This document shows, piece after piece, positions 27,531 to 36,689 of a DNA stretch of 64,000 nt. Numbering within the stretch: position 1 is the stretch's first letter; each line of letters opens with the position of its first letter. The stretch comes from an uncultured Methanosarcinales archaeon. Its GTDB lineage: Archaea > Nanobdellota > Nanobdellia > Woesearchaeales > DSVV01. The notes beneath the pieces are model-generated. The model was not told where the DNA came from. It saw nothing but the letters and a program-made list of their open reading frames with translations, and did no database searches. The position numbers were made by a program, and so were the translations under genes. The stretch covers positions 4,191 to 68,190 of the forward strand of contig CAYMIF010000002.1 in the NCBI GenBank assembly GCA_964390375.1. The letters are read 5' to 3'.

Positions 27531-29029
27531 ACAAATTTTATTCTTCTCCTCATTTTTTGAAATATATTATGAATGAGTTCCTTTTCTTCAGTATTCAAAA
27601 TTATATACTCAAGACCAATTAGGCTAATGCACATCCCTATCCCGAGAAGAAAAGAAGTGATCATTTCTGTTTGTATTATAAGATATCCTGCTGCTGAAAA
27701 TATAATCGATAGTATGAATACCTTTGAGAAATTTGATATTGATACATCATACCATTTCTTAAGGAAGCTGAGTTTGAGTGCGAAGATGACGATAGAGCTG
27801 AGAAGGTAGGTGTAACCAAGCCCCAAAAGTCCGAAGTATCCGATGAAAAAGAATCCGAAAAGGACGAATAGCAATGCCCAGATGACATCCAGGGTTAGAA
27901 TAGTCCATGTTCTGCCTGTTGCGACAAAATAGGTGGATGTGATGGGTGAAAGGGAATCTACATAAGCCGCCAGGAGAAAAAAATAGGTTATCTGTGCAGC
28001 ACCAAGATAGGCTCCGCCAAAAAGCAGCCATATAAGGAATTTTGAGGAAACACCGATACCTAGTGCAACAGGTAATACAAGTATCATTATCACTCTGAGT
28101 ATTTTTGTTACTGTCCGTGATGCTTTTGATTTATCTTTCCCCTGTATCTCAGAGATCATTGGCAGGAGGGGAACAGCAAGTATCTGAGGTATCGAAAGGA
28201 ACAGGTTATATAGATTTCTTCCTATTTTGCTCAGCCCAAGCTGTGCAAAACCTATTGATATTGCAAGAAAAGTGTTCATGGCCCAATAGGCAGGAAGTAG
28301 AACAAAGCCAGAAATAAATATGGGAGTTGAGAACTTGATTACCTTGAAAAGATACTTCCTTTCGAACCTGAATGGTCGTATTTTTACCTTTTCTTCTTTA
28401 AACTTGCTCCATACCACTTGCAGCGACATTATTGTGACAACAGCTCCGGTAATGGCAAGCGACAGGAAAACTCCTAAAGCCTGGTATTTCAGTATAAGAA
28501 AATAAGCAATGGGAAGACCAACTAGGCTGTTCAAAACACCAAGTATGGAATGCATCTTTATGTCCTGGAATCCCCTTATGATTGCTCTTAGCATATCGAA
28601 TATCGAGATTATTAGGATTGAAAGGGCGTTGACTTTGATGAGCAGGCTGATTGTAGGATCATCATATAGCCTGTTCGATATGAAATCAGAAAATAGGGCG
28701 TAAAGTGATGTTGACAGAATTGTAAGAAAGAACAGGAGGTTCACTATGGTGGTAATGTACTTGTCCCTCTCCTTCTTGTCGCCTTTGTGTTCAGATATGA
28801 ATTTGGTGGCTGCGATTGGTAGTGCAAATATTGCGATTGTGCCGACAATGCCTCCCAGGTTTTGAACGATTGCAATCTTTCCAAGTGGCTCAGGATCGTT
28901 TAGAATCCTGGCAACTATCATAGATCGGATTATGCTGAATATTGTGACCAGCACGACCGCTAAGAAAGAATAGCTTACGTTTTTTAGGAATCTTCTTCTG
29001 AAATCGGACATCTTTGCCTCCAAGATCAC
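27527..29029 (-). CDS. Wzx-like oligosaccharide flippase / polysaccharide biosynthesis protein (MOP superfamily)
   Basis: 500 aa with ~12-14 TM segments and N-terminal RRRFLKNVSYSFLAVVLVTIFSIIRSMIVARIL, typical of Wzx/RfbX. Confidence 0.65.
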   Translation of the reverse strand: MILEAKMSDFRRRFLKNVSYSFLAVVLVTIFSIIRSMIVARILNDPEPLGKIAIVQNLGGIVGTIAIFALPIAATKFISEHKGDKKERDKYITTIVNLLFFLTILSTSLYALFSDFISNRLYDDPTISLLIKVNALSILIISIFDMLRAIIRGFQDIKMHSILGVLNSLVGLPIAYFLILKYQALGVFLSLAITGAVVTIMSLQVVWSKFKEEKVKIRPFRFERKYLFKVIKFSTPIFISGFVLLPAYWAMNTFLAISIGFAQLGLSKIGRNLYNLFLSIPQILAVPLLPMISEIQGKDKSKASRTVTKILRVIMILVLPVALGIGVSSKFLIWLLFGGAYLGAAQITYFFLLAAYVDSLSPITSTYFVATGRTWTILTLDVIWALLFVLFGFFFIGYFGLLGLGYTYLLSSIVIFALKLSFLKKWYDVSISNFSKVFILSIIFSAAGYLIIQTEMITSFLLGIGMCISLIGLEYIILNTEEKELIHNIFQKMRRRIKFV

Positions 29030-29988
29030 ATCCTGAATATTTTTTTTATTAATGGTATCCTTTTACGGTTATCCTTAGTGCATATGAAGTATTGATTAAG
29101 TTCAGGATTGAATCCGGATTTGTATCTTGCGATTGCCTCTACATTGCAGCCCATCAGGTCCATGGTCTTCACTTGTCTTTTATGGAGTTCTTTGGCAACA
29201 TACCAGATAAGGCTTTGCGGAACCTTGTAATGCCAGTACCTTTCATCAGACGCGGCCTGCCAATAGTATGCCGCTTCCTTGGATTTTAGGACTACTGCAT
29301 ATGCAGCAGGATTTTTTTCATGGTCTGCCCTAAATATCATGAAATCTTTTCCTAATTCTCGTGAGATTTTCAAGAGACAATCATCTATGCGTGGAACACC
29401 TATACCTGATCTTTCATGGGTATGCCTCCACATCTCAAAGAAATGTTCTATCTCTTTCGAAGAGCTATTCACTTCGCTAATCTTCACCTGCTTGTAGCTT
29501 TCTCCCTTTCTGAGGATGTTTCTTGTCTTTTTCTCAAAACTTTCAAACATCTTTTCGGGTTTCTTGATTCTTAAGAGATACGTATATGAAGGATTAGCTG
29601 AAAAACCAAGCCATTTCAGTGGTCTTGCATCAGTCTCTCCTGGATTTGTAGCGATCTGTATAGACCTGCAGCCAGAGAAGAAATCGCTTATACATTGATA
29701 GATATCTGATTTGAAAGAGTAACCTTTACTTAGAAAATCTTCCTTGATTATGATGCCTGAGTAGGTTGACAAAGGTGACAGGCCGGGGTTTTTCTTGCTA
29801 TAGTTGAAAATGGGTTGTATCGCGATTAATTGGGAATTCTGATATATTCCCAAAGGAACAAATTCGCATGAATTATTTGAATTCGCAGCAATCCTGGCAA
29901 CATTGAACTTATGAAAAACACTTCCTCCATTAGACTCAACAAATTCATCCCATTCTTTCTTTTCTACTTCCCTGCAGTCGAGTTTCAT
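29026..29988 (-). CDS. FemAB/CelD-like GNAT-fold acyltransferase (Acetyltransf_6-like), paralog 1 (likely start at the second Met, 29988)
   Basis: ~320 aa with an N-terminal EWDEFVESNGGSVFH block and C-terminal YWQAAS...LIWYVAKELHKRQVKTMDLMG typical of the FemAB/BioF2-like family. Confidence 0.5.
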   Translation of the reverse strand: MKLDCREVEKKEWDEFVESNGGSVFHKFNVARIAANSNNSCEFVPLGIYQNSQLIAIQPIFNYSKKNPGLSPLSTYSGIIIKEDFLSKGYSFKSDIYQCISDFFSGCRSIQIATNPGETDARPLKWLGFSANPSYTYLLRIKKPEKMFESFEKKTRNILRKGESYKQVKISEVNSSSKEIEHFFEMWRHTHERSGIGVPRIDDCLLKISRELGKDFMIFRADHEKNPAAYAVVLKSKEAAYYWQAASDERYWHYKVPQSLIWYVAKELHKRQVKTMDLMGCNVEAIARYKSGFNPELNQYFICTKDNRKRIPLIKKIFRM

Positions 29989-31040
29989 CTTTCCCTCTTG
30001 AATGTCTTCTTGATCTTCCTTTTGTATACCCGCCACGGGTGCTTTATAGCAAGCCTGTACCAGGGCGCCTCAAACTTCTCAGGGCACCATCCCATCTTGA
30101 ACCGATATACGCCGGAATCATCGTCCTTGGGAATCCCTCCGAGGTCCAGTAGCCTGTATCCTTTCTCATGGAATTCTCTGATTATATGCCATTTGAAAAG
30201 GTTGTTTTGCCTGTATTTCAGCATACTTCTTGGAGAAGCGTTGTGTTCTGCGCATACTATCCCGTTGTAGCATGTGACAAGTTGAAATCCAATTTTTTTT
30301 CCTTTCAGCTCTGCATAATACACCTTTCCGTTGCCCTTGTCCACGACAATATCCCAAAAGGCGTGGTAATAATCTCTCGGATTGAGTGCAAAACCTTTCC
30401 TGTGTGTGATCTCAGACTCGAATTCGTCATAGAAAAGGTCGATGTCTTTTGATGATTTTGCTTCTTTTATCTCCACACCATGTTTTTCAGCCTGCCGTAT
30501 CGCCTTTCTGTGCTCTTTCTTCATGTCTTTTAATAGCACTTCAGGTTCTTTTCGTAGGTCAAGATAGCCTGAATATCTGTCAACCTTAGTCCATCGATTC
30601 TTGAATTTTTCTTCGAGTATTTTCCTGATTATCCCGGACATCTCATCTTTAAGACAACTTATCCTGAGGTCCACGAGCTTATGCTCCGATGAAAGCCTGT
30701 TCTTCACAAAATCTATGAACTTGATGCAGATCTCTTCGGTTATTTTTTTATCATTTGCTTCAGGAGAAACCAATGGACCGCCATACCCCCAAACACCAGG
30801 ATGCGGAGACCATGCGATATTGCCCTGGATTAGCTTACCGGGCCTTTTGATTATGAAAACCGGCATGATTCCAAGCATTTTCCCATTCTCCACAAAGAGG
30901 AGTTTCACTGCCTTGTCACCAAAACCTCTCTCGATCATCCTGCACCATTCCCAAGTCCAATATATCATGCCACCGGATTTCTTGATCAGGTTATTCCACT
31001 CCCCCCGGTCCCCTTCATGCGCCAGTCTCACTTGTCCCAT
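29985..31040 (-). CDS. FemAB/CelD-like GNAT-fold acyltransferase, paralog 2
   Basis: N-terminal GEWNNLIKKSGGMIYWTWEW and a C-terminal FRFKMGW block; same length class as its neighbour. Confidence 0.5.
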   Translation of the reverse strand: MGQVRLAHEGDRGEWNNLIKKSGGMIYWTWEWCRMIERGFGDKAVKLLFVENGKMLGIMPVFIIKRPGKLIQGNIAWSPHPGVWGYGGPLVSPEANDKKITEEICIKFIDFVKNRLSSEHKLVDLRISCLKDEMSGIIRKILEEKFKNRWTKVDRYSGYLDLRKEPEVLLKDMKKEHRKAIRQAEKHGVEIKEAKSSKDIDLFYDEFESEITHRKGFALNPRDYYHAFWDIVVDKGNGKVYYAELKGKKIGFQLVTCYNGIVCAEHNASPRSMLKYRQNNLFKWHIIREFHEKGYRLLDLGGIPKDDDSGVYRFKMGWCPEKFEAPWYRLAIKHPWRVYKRKIKKTFKRER

Positions 31041-32320
31041 TTTATCAGAAACCTTCCCTTGTTCAGCTGTGCTTTGTGTCTTTTTACGCCTATGTCTATC
31101 ACCACAGGCATCCAGTCGCTGGATTCACCTCTGATGTTTCCCCTAGAGGTGAACTCGATGTCTATCCTGCATCTCTCCCTTTTTGACCACCATCGGTATA
31201 GCTCTGTTCCGGTAGCTTTCCAGTATTTGTGCTTATTTACATAATCCACCAGGAAATCCAGGCTTTTCATTATCTGTCGAAATCCGCTTTTGTTGAAATA
31301 TTCATTATGGAAATTGACAACATAGCAGCCATAGAACCTCTCCACGTATTTGATGGTCTCGTACATCTTATTGCGGATATCATTATAGCTCATGTTTTTA
31401 TTGATAGCTGTCCAGTCCATGAAAAGCGTAGGTATCTCAAAAAGCTTTGAGAACCTCCCCTCGACCATCGGATGGAATGGATAGCACAGTCCTGCCCTGT
31501 ATCCGAACCTCTCGTTCTTGTAGAATGACATGTCATATTTCAGATTCTTCTCCATCTCTGACCAGCTTTGCGGGACCTTGAATTTCAGAAGGTGCATCCT
31601 CACGCCTTTTATGTCGCAGTCTGTCTTCTCACGAAGCTTGCGGATCTCCGCGACCAGCTCTCTTTCGCAGTTGGATATGGAGTGCAGCCCTATCTCGTGC
31701 TTAAGATCAGCCAGCACATCGATCATCTTTGAAAAATAGTTCTTGTCCTGATAATCAGAGAAGAAGAAGAAAGTGGACCTAATCTTGTGCTTGTCCAGGT
31801 ATTTCAGCATTGAATGGAAATAGCCTTTGTCGAATCTCGGCAGGATGTTCTTCATCTTCAGATATGCCTTGCTTCTGAGGCTTGCGTTCTTGTGCCACGA
31901 ATGCTTCTCGAAAATGGAGTCTATGTCATGTGTGCAGACGAATGCAGCTTTCTTGAACTTAGGCCAGTACCATTTTCTCACTATCGGAAGGTCCTGGTTA
32001 TGGAAGATCTCTGTTATATTCTTTACAAGCACCTCTTCATAGAAATTCAGCACAGGTATAGTGACATTGTCCTTGCAGTATCCGGACAGGTAGTTGATTG
32101 CGTTTATCTGCAGGAAATTCGTAAGGATGTAAAGCTTGTTCTTCTTGCGTTTAAGTCCGGTGAAGCTGTCCACGATCTCTATCTCGCAGGCATAATCCCT
32201 ATTGGCTTTTTTTTTCTCGAATATTATCCCCTGGTGGTTCAGCATCTCTGACAGTACTGCGATGTGCGGATTCCCTCCTTTGATGGATACCATCAGGCTC
32301 TTATTTTGATTTTTTCCCAT
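31028..32320 (-). CDS. divergent polysaccharide deacetylase-like protein (CE4/NodB-related?), tentative
   Basis: FVCTHDIDS (a TFDDG-like motif), STFFFF and EIGLHS segments. It is adjacent to the FemAB-like gene, as in bacterial EPS loci. Confidence 0.35.
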   Translation of the reverse strand: MGKNQNKSLMVSIKGGNPHIAVLSEMLNHQGIIFEKKKANRDYACEIEIVDSFTGLKRKKNKLYILTNFLQINAINYLSGYCKDNVTIPVLNFYEEVLVKNITEIFHNQDLPIVRKWYWPKFKKAAFVCTHDIDSIFEKHSWHKNASLRSKAYLKMKNILPRFDKGYFHSMLKYLDKHKIRSTFFFFSDYQDKNYFSKMIDVLADLKHEIGLHSISNCERELVAEIRKLREKTDCDIKGVRMHLLKFKVPQSWSEMEKNLKYDMSFYKNERFGYRAGLCYPFHPMVEGRFSKLFEIPTLFMDWTAINKNMSYNDIRNKMYETIKYVERFYGCYVVNFHNEYFNKSGFRQIMKSLDFLVDYVNKHKYWKATGTELYRWWSKRERCRIDIEFTSRGNIRGESSDWMPVVIDIGVKRHKAQLNKGRFLIKWDK

Positions 32321-33458
32321 CTTTTCTTTGATCTTTCTTTTTTCTCCTGATCAGCTTCTTTATGCTTCCATATGTTTTTGGAAATCTTTTCTTCATCCTC
32401 CTTTTCGGCTGAACAAGTTCCCTGAAGTTCTTCAGCACGTGCACCCTGTTTCTGAGATTCTTTCTCATGATTACTATACGGTAGTTCTTGTTCTCTGAAG
32501 CACCCCATTGGCTTTTGTATCCATGCGCGCCTCTAAGAAAATCAAATATGTCGTCTTTTTTTGATATTGCATCCTGAATCGAGAACCTGAAACTGAGATT
32601 GCCGACTGAATACTCATAGTATTCTGGGTCAAGTCCTGTAAGATAGCAGTATACCCTGTTTTCATACTCAAAGCAGTAGTTGCATGCAGCAGGCTTTTTG
32701 TTTATGATCAGGAACTCAAGCTTGAGAAACCCATGTTCAAAAAGGATGTTTGCAATCCTTTTATGGAACTCTTTATATTTCTCATCCTCTGCAGGAGTGT
32801 CCATGTCGCAGTCTTTTATCCGCCTCAGGTGCAGCCTCAGGAAATCGTTCATGTCATGCTCTATCTTTTCTGGATCTTGGGTCCTGTAGTAAGACATCTC
32901 AAGTCTGTCCTCTTCCAGCTTCCTCAGGCTTCTTCTTATGCTGCGTCTAAGTCTTCTGTTCATATTGTTCTTTTCCATCTCCTCAAAGCTTCCTGCAAGC
33001 CTGGCAGGGTATGTCGTGTTCTGATGGTTCTTGATGCAAATGAATCTCTTGTCTTTCTTGATTATCCTGTAGTTTCTGGCTAGGATTGAGTTTTCAGGAA
33101 GTTCCTCCAGGTCCATAATGCAGTCTGGATATCTCTCATGGATGTGGTCGATAAAGCTCAGTATCACCGGCTCTTCCATCCCCTGCCTGATGATGAAAGA
33201 GAGATAGTCGCAGTGCGGGACCCCGATAAAGCTCAGGACATTATTCTCAAGCTTCAGGGGAATTATCCCGACAAGCTCTTCTTCAGAATATATTGTGAAT
33301 ATCCGAAAGTCATGTGTCTGAAAGACTATTGTCCAGTTGTAGGCCCACTCATGCCTCATGAAGATATAATTGTCCCGGCATTCTGAGAGGAGCTGGTTCC
33401 ATTCCTCTTTAATCTCCCTGAATCTGTCCAGTGTCTTGATCTCTTTTATCTGAATCAT
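32301..33458 (-). CDS. CelD/FemAB-like GNAT-fold acyltransferase, paralog 3, with basic C-terminal tail
   Basis: N-terminal EEWNQLLSECRDNYIFMRHEWAYNW and C-terminal FDFLRGAHGYKSQWG, the CelD/BcsL-like signature. Confidence 0.5.
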   Translation of the reverse strand: MIQIKEIKTLDRFREIKEEWNQLLSECRDNYIFMRHEWAYNWTIVFQTHDFRIFTIYSEEELVGIIPLKLENNVLSFIGVPHCDYLSFIIRQGMEEPVILSFIDHIHERYPDCIMDLEELPENSILARNYRIIKKDKRFICIKNHQNTTYPARLAGSFEEMEKNNMNRRLRRSIRRSLRKLEEDRLEMSYYRTQDPEKIEHDMNDFLRLHLRRIKDCDMDTPAEDEKYKEFHKRIANILFEHGFLKLEFLIINKKPAACNYCFEYENRVYCYLTGLDPEYYEYSVGNLSFRFSIQDAISKKDDIFDFLRGAHGYKSQWGASENKNYRIVIMRKNLRNRVHVLKNFRELVQPKRRMKKRFPKTYGSIKKLIRRKKKDQRKDGKKSK

Positions 33459-34258
33459 ATTACTGCCTTTTCAAATATCTCTCTGTTCTTTCCGCTTATA
33501 TTTAAATAAAATGAATCTTCAGAACCTTTTTTGCTTCTGATCCTATGGATTGTGAATCTCGAAGCAGGCTTTCCATAATCATATTTCGGAAGACTCCTGA
33601 ACCTCTCATCAAAAAGAAATGTCTTTACCAGTATGTCTTCCTTGTTCTGGGAATGATAGCATCTGAGCATCTTTTTTTTGAGCTCTTTTTCATCTTGGCT
33701 GAGTTTTGCGGTGATTACCTTGTTTTTCGAGTTCTTCAGGAACCTGGGCGCTCGAAATCCAGGCTTCTTTCCGGTCACTTTCTTCTTGACATGCTTAAGG
33801 GCAAGCTCAACCGCACTAATCTCATTGTTATACATGGGATATTCAAAAATCTTTGCATTTCCGGTGATTGCTCTTGCGACTGCAGCATTGCAGATGTCAT
33901 GGTCAAGGTGTCCGCCTTCATAAGCAGGTACATAGATCTCTTCAGGCATTATTTTTGCGAACAAAAGCTCAAGCTCTTCGACCAGAGAATCGAACTTTTC
34001 TTTTGTGTCTATCCCAAGCTCACGATGTCCGAGAAACACAAGTTCCTTTGCCCCTCCGATTTCCATGGCTTTCCTGGCCTCTGCTCTTCGAACCTCTGCT
34101 TTGGCATAATAGGCGCTCAGCTTGTTCTCGCCGGAAAAAACATAGATAACATGCATGTCTTTTCTGCCCTTTGCCCGAAGAAGCACACTGGAGCATCCGC
34201 AGGCCTCGTCATCAGGATGAGGCGCGATGATGACTTTTCTATTTTTCCTTGAATTCAT
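33455..34258 (-). CDS. PIG-L/LmbE-family N-acetylglucosaminyl deacetylase (start probably at the internal Met, 34258)
   Basis: The VIIAPHPDDEACGC zinc-binding motif and a ...HxDH segment (GGHLDHD). Confidence 0.7.
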   Translation of the reverse strand: MNSRKNRKVIIAPHPDDEACGCSSVLLRAKGRKDMHVIYVFSGENKLSAYYAKAEVRRAEARKAMEIGGAKELVFLGHRELGIDTKEKFDSLVEELELLFAKIMPEEIYVPAYEGGHLDHDICNAAVARAITGNAKIFEYPMYNNEISAVELALKHVKKKVTGKKPGFRAPRFLKNSKNKVITAKLSQDEKELKKKMLRCYHSQNKEDILVKTFLFDERFRSLPKYDYGKPASRFTIHRIRSKKGSEDSFYLNISGKNREIFEKAVI

Positions 34259-35135
34259 TGGCAATATCTCCCACCTTTTTGAAGTTGAATTCTTTTTTGA
34301 TCTTCTGGAAAAACGATTCCAGCTGTCCAAAATCATCCCTGCAAAGCTCCTTTACCCATCCTTTTAGTCCTGGATGATGTTTGCCCAGCTCCACAAGCTC
34401 CCATGGATGCATAAGAAACATGACATACCCAGGGCCAGTATCCTTTCCAGCCATCCTGCATAGATTGATCATCTTGTCCTTTCCGAACTTGTTCAGCCCG
34501 CCTGCGCCGATCGGATGCCCTTTCACAGGAGACTTTGTCAGCGGGATCTCAAGCACGTCAGAATCTCCTTTTTTCTTCACGTCTTTTTTCGAGGGATAAT
34601 ATGGCCGGCTCGGCGCACCTGCAAGCGAATGCACCTTGTACATCTTCTTGAATATCCTTGTCTCGACATCCGGCATGACAGATGAGTCCACAGTATATCC
34701 CAGCTCTTCCAGGACAGTTATGGTCTTGCCTGACACCCCGAATTTAGGCGTGCGGAACATTTTGCACCTGATTCCTGTTACCTTTTCGATAACATTTGTC
34801 GCGTCAGCGATCTCTTTTCTTTGGGCTCTTTTTGATTTGAACCAGAACATCTTATGGTCAAGTCCGTGGCATCCAAGCTCATGCCCTTCTTCTGCTATCC
34901 TTCTGGCAGTATCCGGATATCTTAGGCATACATCTGCGGTCACAAAGAAAGTTGCCGGAAGTTTCAATCTTCCAAGAAGATCCAGGAATTTCGGCAGAGC
35001 TTTCTCGACTCCAAGATAGCTTCCTTTAAGTTTCGAGCTTATGTCCTGCTCTACGTCCATTGTGATGATAAAATCCGGCTTCATTTTGTAACTTCTCTCG
35101 GGATTGGATAATAAGACTATGCATATACCCCTCAC
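34239..35135 (-). CDS. polysaccharide deacetylase (NodB homology domain, CE4)
   Basis: FIITMDVEQD, ATFFVTADV and the HELGCHGLDH His-His motif. Confidence 0.75.
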   Translation of the reverse strand: MRGICIVLLSNPERSYKMKPDFIITMDVEQDISSKLKGSYLGVEKALPKFLDLLGRLKLPATFFVTADVCLRYPDTARRIAEEGHELGCHGLDHKMFWFKSKRAQRKEIADATNVIEKVTGIRCKMFRTPKFGVSGKTITVLEELGYTVDSSVMPDVETRIFKKMYKVHSLAGAPSRPYYPSKKDVKKKGDSDVLEIPLTKSPVKGHPIGAGGLNKFGKDKMINLCRMAGKDTGPGYVMFLMHPWELVELGKHHPGLKGWVKELCRDDFGQLESFFQKIKKEFNFKKVGDIANEFKEK

Positions 35136-35247
35136 ATCCAGGATGAATGGCGCTTTGTTTATATATATTTTTATGTTTTTTCTGATTTAGATTAAGAAAA
35201 AACAGGTCCATGGCATTGGTTTTGTCTGATATGATTAGATGCCTGTT

Positions 35248-35781
35248 TCAATCCAGGATTAATCTTATTTTTTGAATAAATTTTCTTGCATTATCGAATA
35301 TCTCTTCGACCTGCCTTTCAGTGTATCTTTTTATTGCAGAGTATCTTGCAGCATGGCTCTCGACTCTTGCGTCTTCGAAATATTTGACATATTCATCTTC
35401 GAATATCTTATAAGACTGATTGAGCAGTTCTAGGTCTTCCTTTTCCATCTCATTTGGGACCAGAAGATGTCCTAGTGCAATTTGAGCAGCCATATGGTCT
35501 TTTACCTCATAGCCTTTTGAAAGGATTGCAGCTTTTGCACTATAGAGCATTGAATAATATGATATTGTGATAGCCCAATAATTCCAATGAAGTTTTGTCG
35601 GTTCATCGATTCTTGGCTCGATTTCTTTATGGTGGTTGGCTATCATCAGGCTGTTTTCTGCTTTATCAATAAAAAGCTTGATTTTGAAACTGTTCGAAGA
35701 TCGGACAATCCTTTTTTCATCTAGATATTCTTCAAATCTTTTTTGATATTCCTCTTTGTTATATTGCATCGAGTACCACAT
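35248..35781 (-). CDS. HEPN-domain protein (toxin-like partner of adjacent nucleotidyltransferase)
   Basis: ~177 aa helical protein that overlaps the upstream MNT-like gene by 23 nt. The HEPN assignment rests on the pairing and an R..H-like segment (RVESHAARY). Confidence 0.45.
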   Translation of the reverse strand: MWYSMQYNKEEYQKRFEEYLDEKRIVRSSNSFKIKLFIDKAENSLMIANHHKEIEPRIDEPTKLHWNYWAITISYYSMLYSAKAAILSKGYEVKDHMAAQIALGHLLVPNEMEKEDLELLNQSYKIFEDEYVKYFEDARVESHAARYSAIKRYTERQVEEIFDNARKFIQKIRLILD

Positions 35782-36331
35782 TCCAGAAATGGTTTGGATT
35801 ATTTAAGACTATATGGTTCCTCAATGCCTGTTTTCCGACATTCTCTTCATTATCTTTTATCATCTCTTGAAACTCAGGGATCTTTAAGAAAACAGGATTG
35901 ATCTGCTTGTCAAAGATTAACTCGTATTTTGAGAAGGATATCGTCTTATTGCCGGATTTATTGATTATCATAAGATCAATATCGCTTTTTTTTCCTTCTT
36001 CTCCTTTTGCGTAGCTTCCAAATAAGAGTACAATATCTTCTACCCTTAAATCCTTTGATATCTCTCTTATCATTGGATTTCTTTCTAAAAAAGATCTCTT
36101 TTCTTCTTCTGATGAAATTGCAAGGTATGACTGGATTACTGGATTTTGTAGATTAAGTTTTAGTGTCTTGGCTTTTCCTATTTCCTTGATTGCCAGAAGC
36201 TCTTTCATCTTATTTATTGTCCTGTAAAATGAAGCATAAGGAATATGGAGTTTCTTTGAAAGCTCGTGCATAGTAAATTCTTTGTCAAACTCTTTTCCAA
36301 GATGGTTTATGATCATCAATCTATTATCCAT
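35759..36331 (-). CDS. nucleotidyltransferase-domain protein (MNT-like, with N-terminal wHTH)
   Basis: Minimal NTase motif LLFGSYAKGEEGKKSDIDLMII and an N-terminal HTH-like segment. Confidence 0.7.
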   Translation of the reverse strand: MDNRLMIINHLGKEFDKEFTMHELSKKLHIPYASFYRTINKMKELLAIKEIGKAKTLKLNLQNPVIQSYLAISSEEEKRSFLERNPMIREISKDLRVEDIVLLFGSYAKGEEGKKSDIDLMIINKSGNKTISFSKYELIFDKQINPVFLKIPEFQEMIKDNEENVGKQALRNHIVLNNPNHFWNVVLDAI

Positions 36332-36392
36332 ATTTGGATAATGTTATTCATAATTGATATATAAATGTTATGGTCTTCACCTGTTTTTAGAT

Positions 36393-36600
36393 TCTGGACG
36401 TCTGTGCCAGGAGGGCTATTATGAAATCCTAGCCGTCTGTGCCATGAGAGAGAATATTTACAATAGTAAATATTCTCGTGGCCAGGCGGAACCGATGTGA
36501 AACATCGGTGAAGTAGGATAGGATTTCATAATAGCCCATGGCCAGGCAAAACCTATATGTACCAGGGCTGGACTATTATAGGATTTAATAATGGCAGGAA
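36393..36600. repeat. structured palindromic intergenic element, copy B, with flanking partial duplications of its arms
   Basis: 36413..36538 aligns to 5352..5474 (TATGAAATCCTA..GTCTGTGCCA.GAGAGAGAATATTTA..TAAATATTCTC.GGCCAGGCG..[hairpin]..ATAGGATTTCATA.TAGCCC). The second internal hairpin differs in sequence but still pairs (CCGATGtgaaaCATCGG versus GTTTTTAcgcagTAAAAAC). Confidence 0.55.
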
Positions 36601-36689
36601 TCATTTTTCATTTTAAGGGACTTGGAGTTGAAGAAAGGATCTGTCAGGTTATGTCGATTATCAGAAGAGATACAAGTTGTTCATTGCCC

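Noticed and set aside
28105-28703. Small plus-strand ORFs (61-78 aa) inside the Wzx flippase gene
   Set aside because: They are antisense to a 500-aa multi-TM ORF and are typical spurious frames in an AT-rich membrane-protein gene.
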